In this document: piece by piece, positions 40,004 to 50,758 of the stretch
Numbering within the stretch: the stretch's first letter is position 1
Layout: every line of letters begins with the position of its first letter
DNA from: an uncultured Acidimicrobiia bacterium
GTDB taxonomy: Bacteria > Actinomycetota > Acidimicrobiia > IMCC26256 > JAENVU01
Direction: 5' to 3'
DNA: 64,000 nt
NCBI GenBank assembly: GCA_963765075.1
Contig: CAVXVA010000001.1
Coordinates: 769,901-833,900 of the forward strand
Position numbers and translations under genes: made by a program
The notes under the pieces: generated by a model
Seen by the model: only the letters and a program-made list of their open reading frames with translations
Told to the model about the DNA's origin: nothing
Database searches by the model: none

Positions 40004-41142
40004 CCGTCGGCGTCGATGGAACCTTCGACCCGAAGTTCGCAGAGCTGGCCGACCTTCTGGGCGCGAGCATCGAGAGTGGTGCCGACGTCGGCGCGTCGGT
40101 CGCGGTGATGATCGAAGGGGAACCGGTCGTCGACATCTGGGGCGGCTGGGTCGACACCGAACACACCGCCCCCTGGGTCGAGGACACGATCGTCAACGTG
40201 TGGTCCACGACCAAGACCGTGACCGCGCTGGCGGCACTGATGCTCGTCGACCGCGGTCTGCTCGATGTCGATTCGCCGGTGGCGCGCTACTGGCCTGAGT
40301 TCGCCGCCAACGGCAAGGACGCCATCCTGGTCCGACACCTGTTGTCGCACACGTCGGGAGTGTCGGGGTGGGACCAGCCCATCAGCGCGGACCAAGTGTT
40401 CGACCCGATCGGGTCGTCTGCTCTCCTCGCCGCGCAGGCCCCGTGGTGGGAGCCCGGCACCGCCTCGGGCTACCACCTGTTCGCCTACGGGCATCCAATC
40501 GGCGAACTCATCCGCCGGGTCGACGGCCGTGGGCTCAAGCAGTTCGTGGCCGAGGAGATCGCCGCACCCCTGGGAGTCGACTTCCAGATCGGCGCGGTGG
40601 AAGCCGACTGGCCCCGCATCTCGAACGTCATTCCGCCGACCCACGTCGACTTCAGCGGCGCAGCCATCGACCCCGACGGCCCGGCGGTGAAGACCGCGCT
40701 CGGGCCCTACATGGCGCCGGTGGCGGCGAACTCTGCCGCGTGGCGGCACGCCGACATCGGCGGCGCGAACGGCCACAGCAACGCACGTGCCGTCGCCCGG
40801 CTCCAGCACGTGGTGGCGAACGGCGGCGAGCTCGCCGGTGTCCGCCTCCTCTCCCCCGCGACCATCGACCTCATCTTCCGCGAGCAGGCGAACGGCACCG
40901 ACCTCGTGCTCGGTATCCCGCTGCGCTGGGGCATCGGGTACGCGCTTCCGGAGACCCGGACGTTCGCCTACGTGCCCGACGGTCGGATCTGCATGTGGGG
41001 CGGCTGGGGCGGCTCGATGATCATCGTCGACACCGAGCGCCGCATGACGTTCGCGTACATGATGAACCGGATGGAATCCCGGATCATCGGCTGCCCGCGC
41101 AGCGAAGCGTTGATCCGCGCCACCTACCGCGCCCTCTCCTGA
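40000..41142 (+). CDS. Beta-lactamase-family serine hydrolase/esterase
   Basis: SxxK STTK, LLSHTSG, WEPGTASGYH, WGGWGGS. Confidence 0.92.
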   Translation: MTVGVDGTFDPKFAELADLLGASIESGADVGASVAVMIEGEPVVDIWGGWVDTEHTAPWVEDTIVNVWSTTKTVTALAALMLVDRGLLDVDSPVARYWPEFAANGKDAILVRHLLSHTSGVSGWDQPISADQVFDPIGSSALLAAQAPWWEPGTASGYHLFAYGHPIGELIRRVDGRGLKQFVAEEIAAPLGVDFQIGAVEADWPRISNVIPPTHVDFSGAAIDPDGPAVKTALGPYMAPVAANSAAWRHADIGGANGHSNARAVARLQHVVANGGELAGVRLLSPATIDLIFREQANGTDLVLGIPLRWGIGYALPETRTFAYVPDGRICMWGGWGGSMIIVDTERRMTFAYMMNRMESRIIGCPRSEALIRATYRALS

Positions 41143-41175
41143 CCATCGTTTCCCCCAACCTCCGAAGGACACGCC

Positions 41176-42153
41176 ATGACTCGACTCGGCTACCAAATCC
41201 CGAACTTCACCTACCCCGGCGTCAGCGATGCCGACCTCTTCGCCACGGTGGCGGCCCAGGCGGCCGCCGCTGATCGCAGCGGCTTCGACACCGTGATGCT
41301 GATGGACCACTTCTACCAACTGCCGATGCTCGGCGACCCCGATTCCTACATGCTCGAGTGCTACACGACGCTCGGCGCACTCGCGCGGGAGACCTCGAAC
41401 GTGCGCCTCGGTGCGCTGGTCACCGGCAACACCTACCGCAACCCGGCGCTGCTCGCGAAGATCATCACGACGCTCGACATCGTCTCCGGGGGTCGAGCGC
41501 AACTCGGCATCGGCGCCGGCTGGTTCGATGTCGAACACCACTCGCTCGGCTTCGAGTTCAACACGTTCACCGAACGGTTCAAGAAGCTCGAAGAAGCGCT
41601 CCAGATCATCCTGCCCATGTTGCGCGACGAGCGGCCGACGCTCGAAGGCGACTACTACCAAGTGCGTGACGCGATCAACCAGCCCGCGCCCCTGTCGCGG
41701 ATTCCCGTCATGATCGGCGGATCGGGCGAGAAGAAGACGCTGCGGCTGGTCGCGCAGTATGCCGACGAGTCGAACCTCACGTCGAGCCCCGAGGAGCTGC
41801 CGCGCAAGCTCGAAGCGCTCGCCGGCCACTGCGAGGCGCTCGGCCGCGACCGCAGCGAGATCAAAGTCTCGCAAGCGTTCAACGTCGTACTCGCGGAGAC
41901 CCACGAGCAGGCCTTCAACGAGTTCGCCGACGCCCTCGCGATCCGCAACATCGATCTGCGCAACGGCGACCCCGAGTTTCGGAAGATGATCGAAGGTCTG
42001 GTGGTGCTCGGTGATCCCGATGAGGTCGGCGAGCGGCTGAGCAGCGTGATCGGCCTGGGCCTCGACGGCATCACGGTCTCGGCACCGGCCAACGGCTGGA
42101 TCCCCGGTCGCGTCGAACTCCTCGGCGAGGTCGCCACCAAAGCCCTCGGCTGA
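41176..42153 (+). CDS. LLM-class F420-dependent oxidoreductase
   Basis: MDHFYQLP, LVTGNTYRNPALLAK, GRAQLGIGAGW, IGGSGEKKTL. Confidence 0.92.
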   Translation: MTRLGYQIPNFTYPGVSDADLFATVAAQAAAADRSGFDTVMLMDHFYQLPMLGDPDSYMLECYTTLGALARETSNVRLGALVTGNTYRNPALLAKIITTLDIVSGGRAQLGIGAGWFDVEHHSLGFEFNTFTERFKKLEEALQIILPMLRDERPTLEGDYYQVRDAINQPAPLSRIPVMIGGSGEKKTLRLVAQYADESNLTSSPEELPRKLEALAGHCEALGRDRSEIKVSQAFNVVLAETHEQAFNEFADALAIRNIDLRNGDPEFRKMIEGLVVLGDPDEVGERLSSVIGLGLDGITVSAPANGWIPGRVELLGEVATKALG

Positions 42154-42166
42154 CCCGACCCACCTA

Positions 42167-42218
42167 CGAACTTGCGTCAATAACCCCCGCGATCGCGGGG
42201 GTTATTGACGCAAGTTCG
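42167..42218. repeat. Perfect 52-bp palindrome (REP-like)
   Basis: CGAACTTGCGTCAATAACCCCCGCGA|TCGCGGGGGTTATTGACGCAAGTTCG. Confidence 0.9.
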
Positions 42219-43335
42219 GGTTGAGGGCGTCGATCAGGGCGCGGTTGCGGCTGCTCTGCCACCGGGGGATGACGTGGTTCATCACGTACCCGAACGCGAT
42301 GCCCGACTCCGGGTCGGCGAAGCCCAATGACCCCCCGGTGCCGAAGTGACCGAAGGCGCCCGGGTTCGGGCCGAACGGTCGACGAGGTGTGGTCGGCTTG
42401 AACCCGAGACCGAACGTGACCGCTTCGCCGAGCGTCGGGCAGAAGCCCTCCGACTGCGCCCGGGTCGCCTCGGCCAACATGTCAGGCGAGAGCAGCCGGT
42501 CGGGTTCGAGCAACGCGGCGTAGATCCGCGCCACACCCGTCGCAGTGCCGTGGCCGTTCGTCGCGGGGACCTCGGCCCTGCGCCACTCGGGCGTGTTGAC
42601 GACCCCGGCCGAGCAGTAGCCCGGCGGATTGAAGTAACTCATGAACGTCATCCGCGCATCGCCCTCGAGCGTGAACGGGTCCGGGAGATCACCCGGCTGC
42701 TCCCAGAGGAGCTCCGCACACCGGGCCTGGTCTGGGTCGGGAACACCGAACCACACGTCGGCGTCGAGCGGTTCGGCCACGGCCCGCAACTGCGCGCCGG
42801 GCCGGTCGCCGGTCACCCGGCGCACGATTTCACCGATCAAATGGCCGTACGTGTTGGTGTGATAGCTGTGCCGAGTGCCCGGCTCCCACCACGCCGGAGT
42901 CGCCGCGAGCGCGGCCGTCATTCGGTCCCACGACCACAGATCGTCGTTGGTGAGTCGCTCGGCAATCGCGGGGACACCCGCGCGGTGACACAACGCGTGT
43001 CGGACCGTCGCGCGTTCCTTGCCGCCCACCGCGAACTCGGGCCACACCGACGCGATGGGATCGTCGAGCCCGATCCGGCCGGCGTCGATCAGGCGCAGCA
43101 GCGAGATCGCGACGAGGGCCTTGCCCACCGAATAGAAGTCGACGATCGTGTCGGGCTGCCAGGGTTGCGTCCGGGCACCGTCGATCCACCCGCCGATGAG
43201 ATCCACGACCACCTCACCGTGCTGGAGGACACACACGGCACCGCCGACCTCGCCCCGATCCGTGAAGTTGGCCGAGAAGGCCGAGCGAACCGCGGCGAAC
43301 TGTGGGGCGCACTGTCCCGAGATCGGCGTCTCCAC
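42202..43335 (-). CDS. Beta-lactamase-family serine hydrolase
   Basis: SVGK, LCHRAG, WEPGTRHSYH, FGHFGTGGS. Confidence 0.92.
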   Translation of the reverse strand: METPISGQCAPQFAAVRSAFSANFTDRGEVGGAVCVLQHGEVVVDLIGGWIDGARTQPWQPDTIVDFYSVGKALVAISLLRLIDAGRIGLDDPIASVWPEFAVGGKERATVRHALCHRAGVPAIAERLTNDDLWSWDRMTAALAATPAWWEPGTRHSYHTNTYGHLIGEIVRRVTGDRPGAQLRAVAEPLDADVWFGVPDPDQARCAELLWEQPGDLPDPFTLEGDARMTFMSYFNPPGYCSAGVVNTPEWRRAEVPATNGHGTATGVARIYAALLEPDRLLSPDMLAEATRAQSEGFCPTLGEAVTFGLGFKPTTPRRPFGPNPGAFGHFGTGGSLGFADPESGIAFGYVMNHVIPRWQSSRNRALIDALNPNLRQ

Positions 43336-43342
43336 GCGGCGG

Positions 43343-43996
43343 CTATTCCTCCCCCGGCAGGCTGATGCTCCGTCCGACGTCGAGTGCCGACACTCCCTCC
43401 GGTCCGATCACTTCGACGATCGGCTCGGGTCGGTCGTCGAATTCGGTGCGCAGGGCCCGACTCATGGTCGCGTGCATCTCGTAGAGCGCGGTGATGTAGG
43501 TGAGTTCGAGGATCTCTTCGTCGGAAAGGTGCGACTTCAGTGCCGCGAAGACGTCGTCGGCCACGCGGCCTCCGTCGAACGCGAGCGCATCGGTGTATGC
43601 GAGCACCGCGCGCTCAACGGGCGAGAAGCACTCCGCGACCTGCCAGGCGGGAATCGCCGCGATCTTCGCTTCGCTCATCCCGATGGCCCGACATGACTTG
43701 CAGTGTTGAGAGAAGACGAACTGGCTCCCCCGCGCCCACCCGACACGGGTCTGACCGAGTTCACGCAGGATCGGGTCGAGGTGCCGCTTCGGGCTCTGGT
43801 ACAGGCCGAACCCGTCGACACAGTGCTGGAGGATGTCGGGGACGAGTGCGAACACCGGCCACCAGTCACCCGTCGTGCCGGTCGCGGTCCCCGGATCGCG
43901 GACGGGGTCCCGATCCGGACCGAAGAGCAAGTCGTACATGATCGTCACGATCGGCGCGTTGGACTCGTCTCGTGGCACCTGGCGCAGTCGGGGCAT
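43343..43996 (-). CDS. Carboxymuconolactone decarboxylase/AhpD-like protein
   Basis: LDPILRELG, FSQHCKSC, FSPVERAVLAYTD, LSDEEILEL. Confidence 0.85.
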   Translation of the reverse strand: MPRLRQVPRDESNAPIVTIMYDLLFGPDRDPVRDPGTATGTTGDWWPVFALVPDILQHCVDGFGLYQSPKRHLDPILRELGQTRVGWARGSQFVFSQHCKSCRAIGMSEAKIAAIPAWQVAECFSPVERAVLAYTDALAFDGGRVADDVFAALKSHLSDEEILELTYITALYEMHATMSRALRTEFDDRPEPIVEVIGPEGVSALDVGRSISLPGEE

Positions 43997-44020
43997 GGGG
44001 TCTCTCTCTTCTCTCGTCAG

Positions 44021-44072
44021 CGAACGTGCGTCAATAACCGACCCGAACGGGAGGGATATTGACGCACGTTCG
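44021..44072. repeat. Second 52-bp REP-like element
   Basis: 16-bp arms CGAACGTGCGTCAATA and TATTGACGCACGTTCG. Confidence 0.85.
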
Positions 44073-44081
44073 GGGTTGGTG

Positions 44082-45332
44082 TCATCGGCGGCCGAGCTCG
44101 GACGTCTGATGCGCGGAGGCTCGACGGCCGAACCGAACGAGCAGGAGCACGTCGTAGGTGGCCTTACCCAAGCCGGCGATGAGGAGCGGCCAGCCGAAGG
44201 AACTCGCCTTCAACAGGGCGCCGGCGAGGAGCGGGGTCGTCGCCGACGCGAGACTGCGCGGCACGTTCGTGACGCTCGCCGCGGCGGCCCGTTCCTCGGG
44301 CGTCACCACTGCCATGACCAATGCCTGGCGGGCGGGCACGTCCATCTGGGAGAACAGCGAACGGATCAGCAGGCACGCAATCGCGATCCCGGCCGACGGC
44401 GCGAACGCGGCCAGCGCGAGAAACAGATTGGCGGGAAGATGCGTGAACACCATGGTCCGCACCAATCCGATCCGTTGCGACAGCGGACCCGCGAGCAATT
44501 GCGAGAATGCACTCAAGAGACTCACGGCGAAGAAGATCGCGGCGGTATCGGTGGTCGAGAGATCGAACCGCAAGTTCAACCACACGACGAGCAGTGACTG
44601 CACCACGAACCCACCCGCGGCGGCATCGATGCAGAAGAGGGCCGCAAGTTCGAACACGGTCCGGCGAGACTGCGCGAGCGGCTTGCGTTCGACGTGGGCG
44701 ACGTCGGTGGCCGCGTGCTCGCGTCGGAGCCCGCGATAGATGAACCAGATGACCACGGCGACCGCGAGGTACAGCGAGAAACTGCTGCGGAGGGTGTCGA
44801 TCTTCGAGAACCCGCCCCACTCGGCAATCGACTCGGGGAGCCCGGACGCCAACGCGCCGAACGCACCCGCAAACGCGCCACCGAGGTTGTAGACCGCGTA
44901 CAAGCGAGGGCGATCGAGATCCTCGACGTGCCCGGCGAGGAACGCCTGCTCGGTCGGCAGGAACACGCTGACGTCGCCGGCCGACGGGTTGAGCGTGCCC
45001 ACCACCGACACCACGATCAACGCCCAGAAGGCGGTCACCGCGAGGAAGCCGATGCCCGTCGCGATCATCAGGAGACTGGCGCCGAGCAACAGCACTCGAA
45101 GTTCGCGGCGGTGGGCGATGAGACCGACGCCGAGGGTCAACGCCGCGGACCCCAGCAGTGTCCCCGTGACGATGGCACCGATCTGAAGCGGTGAGAACCC
45201 GAGCGCGGTGAGGTAGACCGCGAGGATCACGCTGACGAATCCGTCGGCGAACCCGCGGAGCGCTCGGGCAATCACGACGCGCGGGACGTCGACCGTCGCC
45301 GAGTCAGGCAGGAGACGCCGCAGCAGGTTCAC
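44082..45332 (-). CDS. MFS transporter
   Basis: RALRGFADGFVSV, GTLNPSAGD, SQMDVPARQ; many TM helices. Confidence 0.9.
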   Translation of the reverse strand: MNLLRRLLPDSATVDVPRVVIARALRGFADGFVSVILAVYLTALGFSPLQIGAIVTGTLLGSAALTLGVGLIAHRRELRVLLLGASLLMIATGIGFLAVTAFWALIVVSVVGTLNPSAGDVSVFLPTEQAFLAGHVEDLDRPRLYAVYNLGGAFAGAFGALASGLPESIAEWGGFSKIDTLRSSFSLYLAVAVVIWFIYRGLRREHAATDVAHVERKPLAQSRRTVFELAALFCIDAAAGGFVVQSLLVVWLNLRFDLSTTDTAAIFFAVSLLSAFSQLLAGPLSQRIGLVRTMVFTHLPANLFLALAAFAPSAGIAIACLLIRSLFSQMDVPARQALVMAVVTPEERAAAASVTNVPRSLASATTPLLAGALLKASSFGWPLLIAGLGKATYDVLLLVRFGRRASAHQTSELGRR

Positions 45333-45453
45333 CGGCCGAGAGTACCGGCGGCGCTCCTCGGCCGCCCTCCCGCCACCGTCGAGCGGGCGGGGGGTGGGGT
45401 GTTCGGCATAGGTTGCGGCCGTCCAAGATGAATCGCGCTCGAAAGGCCCGTCG

Positions 45454-45834
45454 ATGACCAACGAAGAGATCGTCAACACGTTCATGGCCCGGATCACCGC
45501 CCTGGATTTCGACGGTGCCCTCGAACTCGTCGCCGACGACATCGAGTACGACAACGTGCCGATGGGTCCGGTGCACGGACCCGACGGGATTCGCGGCGTT
45601 TTCGCCCAACTCGACGGCACCGTCGACAAGATGGAATGGGTGATCCACCGCCAGGTAGCGAGTGGAGACCTCGTGCTCAACGAACGCACCGATCGTTTCG
45701 GCGCGGGCGACAAGTGGGCCGACCTGCCGGTCGCCGGCGTCTTCGAGGTGCACGACGGCAAGATCACGCTGTGGCGCGACTACTTCGACCTGACCAAGAT
45801 GATGACCGAGATCGGCGCGCTCACCGCCGGGTGA
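45454..45834 (+). CDS. Limonene-1,2-epoxide hydrolase family
   Basis: YDNVP, VLNERTDRF, GKITLWRDYFD. Confidence 0.92.
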   Translation: MTNEEIVNTFMARITALDFDGALELVADDIEYDNVPMGPVHGPDGIRGVFAQLDGTVDKMEWVIHRQVASGDLVLNERTDRFGAGDKWADLPVAGVFEVHDGKITLWRDYFDLTKMMTEIGALTAG

Positions 45835-46734
45835 ACCGATACCAATCGCACGACGAGGACAGCGGGCGCTGGACCGACTTCCCGTTTCGGCGCGGCGACA
45901 TCGTTATCAGCACGCGGTCGAAGAGCGGTACGACCTGGATGCAGATGATCTGCGCGCTGCTGATCTTCCAGACCGCTGAGTTCCCGGCGCGACTGACCGA
46001 ACTCTCGCCCTGGCTCGACTGGCTCGGCACCCCGCGAGAGGACGTCGTCGCCCGCCTCGAAGCGCAGACCCATCGTCGGTTCATCAAGACCCACACACCA
46101 CTCGACGGGATCCCACTCGACCCGCGGGCGACGTTCATCGTCGTGGCGCGCCACCCCCTCGACGCCGCAGTGTCGGCGTATCACCAGGGCGCGAATCTCG
46201 ACCGCGCCCGCCTGGCGGAACTGACCGGCAACCCGTCGCCACCTCAGCCGGCGGAGCGTCCGTCCGCGCACGACTGGCTCGTCGACTGGATCGCCGCCGA
46301 CGTCGATCCCCGGACCCACCTCGACTCCCTTCCCGGGATCGCGCACCACCTCACCGACGCGTGGGCGCATCGCGACGAGCCGAACATCGTGCTCGTTCAC
46401 TACGACGACCTCATTGCCGAGCTCGACGAGCAGATGCATCGCGTGGCCGACGCGTTGCGCATCAGAGTCGCGACCCGACGCGTGGCCACGACTCGTCGCC
46501 GCGGCAGGCTTCGGAGCCATGCGGGCGAACGCCGAGTCGTTGGCCCCTGACCCGGCCGACATTCTCATCGACCGCGCGGCCTTCTTCCGCGGCGGTCGCT
46601 CCGGCGCGGGCCGGTCCCTGCTCACCCCGGACGAGCTCGACGGTTATCACGCGCGCATCGCGAGGCTCGTCCCGAAAGATCTCGCAGCGTGGCTCCACGA
46701 ATCTCCGGGGGAAGGAACTGGCCGTGATTTCTGA
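45831..46734 (+). CDS. Sulfotransferase; frameshift near 46470
   Basis: DIVISTRSKSGTTW (PAPS binding), RFIKTH, VARHPLD, FFRGG. Confidence 0.88.
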
Positions 46735-47014
46735 CAAGGTCCTTTTGCATGGAGGGAACGACATCAAGCCGGTCACGTGCCATCAGCACGAGCGATCACG
46801 CACGGTTCGTTCCACCGAAGCGAGCCAGTTTCGAACGGTGTGCGGGCTGGTGAGATGGACCACGGTCACCTGTGAGTAGGTGGGATCGCTCGACCCATCG
46901 ATCACCGGCGACCAGGGGCGCCAACTTCTTCCGCAGACCCGGTCGGGGACGTATGTGACGACCGACCGGGCAAAGCGGCCCGCGGCGGCGGTCCGCGTCG
47001 GTCAGGCTGGGGGC

Positions 47015-47659
47015 ATGAGCTCTCCCGACACTCGACTCGTCGTCATCCGTCACGGCGAGTCCATGGCCCAGGTCAACGGCATCATCTCCGGTCACGACAC
47101 CTGCGTCGGCCTGTCCGACCTGGGTCGGGCCCAGGCCGGCGCGCTCCGCGACCGACTCGTGACCACCGGCGAACTCACCTCGCCCGACCTCGTGTACACC
47201 AGCAACCTGCATCGGGCGGTCGAGACGGCCGACATCATCGCCCCCGCGTTCGCCGACGCGCCCCGCGTCAACGACTGCGAGTGGTGTGAGATCCGGGCCG
47301 GCGTGGCCGAAGGCCTCACCTACGAGGAGTTCCGCGCGCAGCACAAGGGCGTCGAAGGCTCCGACGATCCATACCGCGGTCGCACCCCGGAAGGTGGTGA
47401 GAGCTGGGAACAGTTCTACGAGCGAGCCGGTGCCCGTTTGCGGCGCGTCGCCGATGAGCACCCCGGCGAACGGATCGTGGTGGTCGCGCACGGCGGGATC
47501 GTCGCGGCGACGTTCGTCGCGCTCGGCAACCTCCCGTCGCGCATGGCCACCGACATCGCCTACGAGACCCTCAACACGTCGATGACCGAATGGCGCTGGG
47601 CCGGGTCAGAGTGGCGACTCGTGCGGTTCAACGACGCCGCGCACCTCGCCGCGATGTAG
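47015..47659 (+). CDS. Histidine phosphatase family protein
   Basis: IRHGES, VVAHGG, RFNDAAHL. Confidence 0.92.
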   Translation: MSSPDTRLVVIRHGESMAQVNGIISGHDTCVGLSDLGRAQAGALRDRLVTTGELTSPDLVYTSNLHRAVETADIIAPAFADAPRVNDCEWCEIRAGVAEGLTYEEFRAQHKGVEGSDDPYRGRTPEGGESWEQFYERAGARLRRVADEHPGERIVVVAHGGIVAATFVALGNLPSRMATDIAYETLNTSMTEWRWAGSEWRLVRFNDAAHLAAM

Positions 47660-48900
47660 GCCCCGCATCCGATCCGCGATCGCGATGGCCCCGACGGCCG
47701 CCAGGACGGCCAGCACCGGTTCGATCGCGTAGCGATACCGCGGCATCCCCCAGAAGATGACCGCGAAACAGAGCCAGTTCGTCGCGACGAGCGCGACCAA
47801 CCCGCCAAGCGCTCGGCGGCCGCGACCGCGGCGCATCGTCAATGCCCCGATCCCGACGATCAGCAACCCGCCGCCGATGAACCAGCCAATGGCGGATGCG
47901 GTCTTGGCGATCTGCACCGTCGTGCGTGACACGGCGGCGCGGTAGGGCGGACCGACGTTCTTCCGCGTGCTGTAGTGCGCCACGTAGGTGGGCGTGCGGT
48001 ACAGCTCGTAGCTGTACCGCAGCGTCGTGCGGACCACGTCGGTGGGATGGTTGCGAATCAGCTCGAGGCCGAGCGCGTAGCCCCGCCGATTCATCGTGAC
48101 CTCGTCGAGGCCGCGCAGCGGCGTGAACTCGGGCTCGACGTAGCGATAGCCGTGCTCACGATGCGCCAAGTAGAAGTTGAGTCCGCCCGACGTCGAGAGG
48201 CCCGAGCCGCGGCCGACCACCACCTCGTTGCGGAGGTACCACGGGACGGCGACGAGTCCGGCCGTCACCGCAACGACTGCAGTCAGCGGCACGATGCGGC
48301 GCCAGTTCGTCATCCCCACGCGTATGAGCACCGGCACCGCCAGCACGAAGAAGATGCTCTCCGGCCGGACGAGGATCGCGACGCCGTAGATCGCGCCGAC
48401 GCCAATTGCCCGGCGCAGGGTGAACGTACGACACGTCATCGACCACACGACCAGGAGCAGCGCGATCTGGAGATGTTCGCTGGCCAGCACGGGCGCCCAC
48501 AACACGAACGTCGGAAGCACGGCGACGATCCCGGCAGTGACGATCGCGGTGCGGCGACCCAACCCGATACGAATCGTGAACCAGGCCGAGAGCGGAATCG
48601 CCGCGACCGATACGAAGACGTTGAGCAGACTGAGCCAGCGGTCCGACTGCCAGATCCACAGGCCCAGACCGAGGAAGGCGGGGTACCCCGGAGTGCGGAA
48701 CGCGGTGGTCACTCCCCCACGGGTGTACACGCCGTCGGTGATCCAGCGGATCGCGATGCTGCGATAGCCGAGGAAGTCCGACACCGGTTCGGGGTGGGCA
48801 ATCCACCACCAGCCCACCCGGAACACCAGACCGAGCGCCGTGATGATCAGAAGGGTGCGGACGCCCGAGTGATCGAGTGCCGCGCGGAGCGAGGTGGGTT
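47606..48900 (-). CDS. GT-C/ArnT-like membrane glycosyltransferase; start uncertain
   Basis: PVSDFLGY, AFRTPGYPAFL, LASE, LVRPE, PWYLRN, PRYRYAIEP. Confidence 0.75.
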
Positions 48901-49328
48901 CAGCGCTGGGCGCGCGCCTCGGCCTCGGCTTTGAGTCCGGCGGCGAACTGATCGAACGAGGGCTGGAGATCGGGCATCTTCTTCGCCACCATTCCGAGCA
49001 TCGGCCCGGTGAAGACTTCACGCATGGTGAACGCCGTCTGGTTGGGCGTGGTTCCCACGAGAGTGAACGTGCGTACCCCCTTGAACAGGCCGAGGGGCAT
49101 CCCACCGGTCCAGGTCATCACCCGGTTCGGCTCGACGATCGCGACCTTGACCGGAAACGCCCGCCCCGGGTTGACCTTCGAGAACAGCTTGACTTTGCCG
49201 CCCGGAGTGATCGCACCCTCGATCTTCTCGACCCCCGAATCCCAGCGCACATAGCCCGGGGCGTCCGCGAGGACCTCCCAGACGATGTCGGCCGACGCTT
49301 CGATCGTGGCGGTGGCGATGTACTCCAT
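48900..49328 (-). CDS. SRPBCC family protein
   Basis: IEASADIVWEVLAD...WDSG; FAAGLKAEAE. Confidence 0.88.
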   Translation of the reverse strand: MEYIATATIEASADIVWEVLADAPGYVRWDSGVEKIEGAITPGGKVKLFSKVNPGRAFPVKVAIVEPNRVMTWTGGMPLGLFKGVRTFTLVGTTPNQTAFTMREVFTGPMLGMVAKKMPDLQPSFDQFAAGLKAEAEARAQR

Positions 49329-49429
49329 GTCGGAATCCTCCGGTCGGGATCAGCGTTGCGTACCGTACGCGACTCGGCCCGGCAGGAGCGACTAGACAGT
49401 CCGGGTCCCGTTCCCCCTCGGAGGACCCC

Positions 49430-50641
49430 ATGCCTGAAGCAGTGATCGTCTCGACCGCCCGTAGCCCCATCGGCCGAGCCAACAAGGGCTCACTCGTCGA
49501 TGTCCGCCCCGACGATCTCGCCTCGACGATCGTGCAAGCGGCCCTGGCCAAGGTGCCCCAACTCGACCCGACGACGGTCGAAGACCTCATGATCGGCTGT
49601 GCCCAGCCCGCCGGTGAGCAGGGCTACAACCTCGGGCGTGTCGTGGCGCTCCTCGCCGGGCTCGACGAAGTTCCGGGCACGACCGTCAACCGCTACTGCT
49701 CGTCGTCGCTCCAGACGATCCGGATGGCCGCGCACGCGATCAAGGCCGGTGAAGGTGACGTGTTCATCGCCGCCGGCGTCGAGTGCGTGAGCCGGTTCGA
49801 CAAAGGCCGCTCCGACGGTGGCCCCGGCACGACCAACGACCTCTTCTCCGAGGCCAGGGCCCGCACCAAGGCGCGCCAGGACGCGGGCGCGCCGGTGTGG
49901 ACGCCCGGTGGCGGACTCGCCGACGTGTACATCGCGATGGGTCAGACCGCGGAGAACGTCGTGCAGTCCGAGGGCGTGACCCGGGAAGAGATGGACGAGT
50001 TCGCCGCTCGCTCACAGCAGCGCGCGGTCGAGTCGCAGAACAACGGGTTCTTCGAGCGCGAGATCATCCCGATCACCCTGCCCGACGGCACCGTGATGAC
50101 CAAGGACGACGGCCCGCGCGACGGCACCACCGCGGAGAAGCTTGCGCAACTCAAGCCCGTGTTCCGCCCCGACGGTTCCGTGACCGCGGGCAACGCGTGC
50201 CCGTTGAACGACGGCGCGGCGGCGGTGATCGTGATGAGCGACACCCGTGCAAACGAGCTCGGCATCACGCCGTTGGCGCGAGTCGTGTCGAGCGGCGTCT
50301 CGGGCCTCAACCCCGAGATCATGGGCCTCGGCCCGATCGGCGCCTCCCGCCAGGCACTGGCGCGAGCGGGGCTGACGATGGACGACATCGACCTCGTCGA
50401 GATCAACGAGGCGTTCGCGGCACAGGTCATCCCGTCGGCGAAGCACCTCAACATCCCGATGGAGAAGCTCAACGTCCACGGTGGTGGCATCGCGCTCGGC
50501 CACCCGTTCGGATCCACCGGCGCCCGCATCATGACCACGCTGATCAACGGTCTCGAAGACGGCAACGGCCGCTACGGGCTCGAGACCATGTGCGTCGGTG
50601 GCGGCCAGGGCATGGCCATGATCATCGAACGCCTCCGCTGA
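49430..50641 (+). CDS. Acetyl-CoA C-acyltransferase (thiolase)
   Basis: NRYCSSS, EINEAFA, GGIALGHPFG, MCVGGGQG. Confidence 0.95.
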   Translation: MPEAVIVSTARSPIGRANKGSLVDVRPDDLASTIVQAALAKVPQLDPTTVEDLMIGCAQPAGEQGYNLGRVVALLAGLDEVPGTTVNRYCSSSLQTIRMAAHAIKAGEGDVFIAAGVECVSRFDKGRSDGGPGTTNDLFSEARARTKARQDAGAPVWTPGGGLADVYIAMGQTAENVVQSEGVTREEMDEFAARSQQRAVESQNNGFFEREIIPITLPDGTVMTKDDGPRDGTTAEKLAQLKPVFRPDGSVTAGNACPLNDGAAAVIVMSDTRANELGITPLARVVSSGVSGLNPEIMGLGPIGASRQALARAGLTMDDIDLVEINEAFAAQVIPSAKHLNIPMEKLNVHGGGIALGHPFGSTGARIMTTLINGLEDGNGRYGLETMCVGGGQGMAMIIERLR

Positions 50642-50667
50642 CCCGCCCTTCACCGTCCTCAGCCGAA

Positions 50668-50749
50668 CCAACCCGCGGAGCGCACCCCCTGGGGTGCGCA
50701 ACTGGCGCGGCTATCGCACCCCAGAGGGTGCGATAGCGGCGCGGGTTGG
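50668..50749. repeat. Branched double-hairpin intergenic element
   Basis: Outer stem CCAACCCGCG/CGCGGGTTGG enclosing two related CGCACCC..GGGTGCG hairpins. Confidence 0.75.
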
Positions 50750-50758
50750 GGACGGGGG

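Noticed and set aside
39592-42180. Long antisense ORFs (862 aa here; also 34743..36692, 4629..6470, 53207..54985)
   Set aside because: Shadow frames of real high-GC genes on the opposite strand with no recognisable motifs.
39808-43335. Serine hydrolases as beta-lactam resistance genes
   Set aside because: They have SxxK but YH instead of YxN and lack KTG, which fits family VIII-type esterases.
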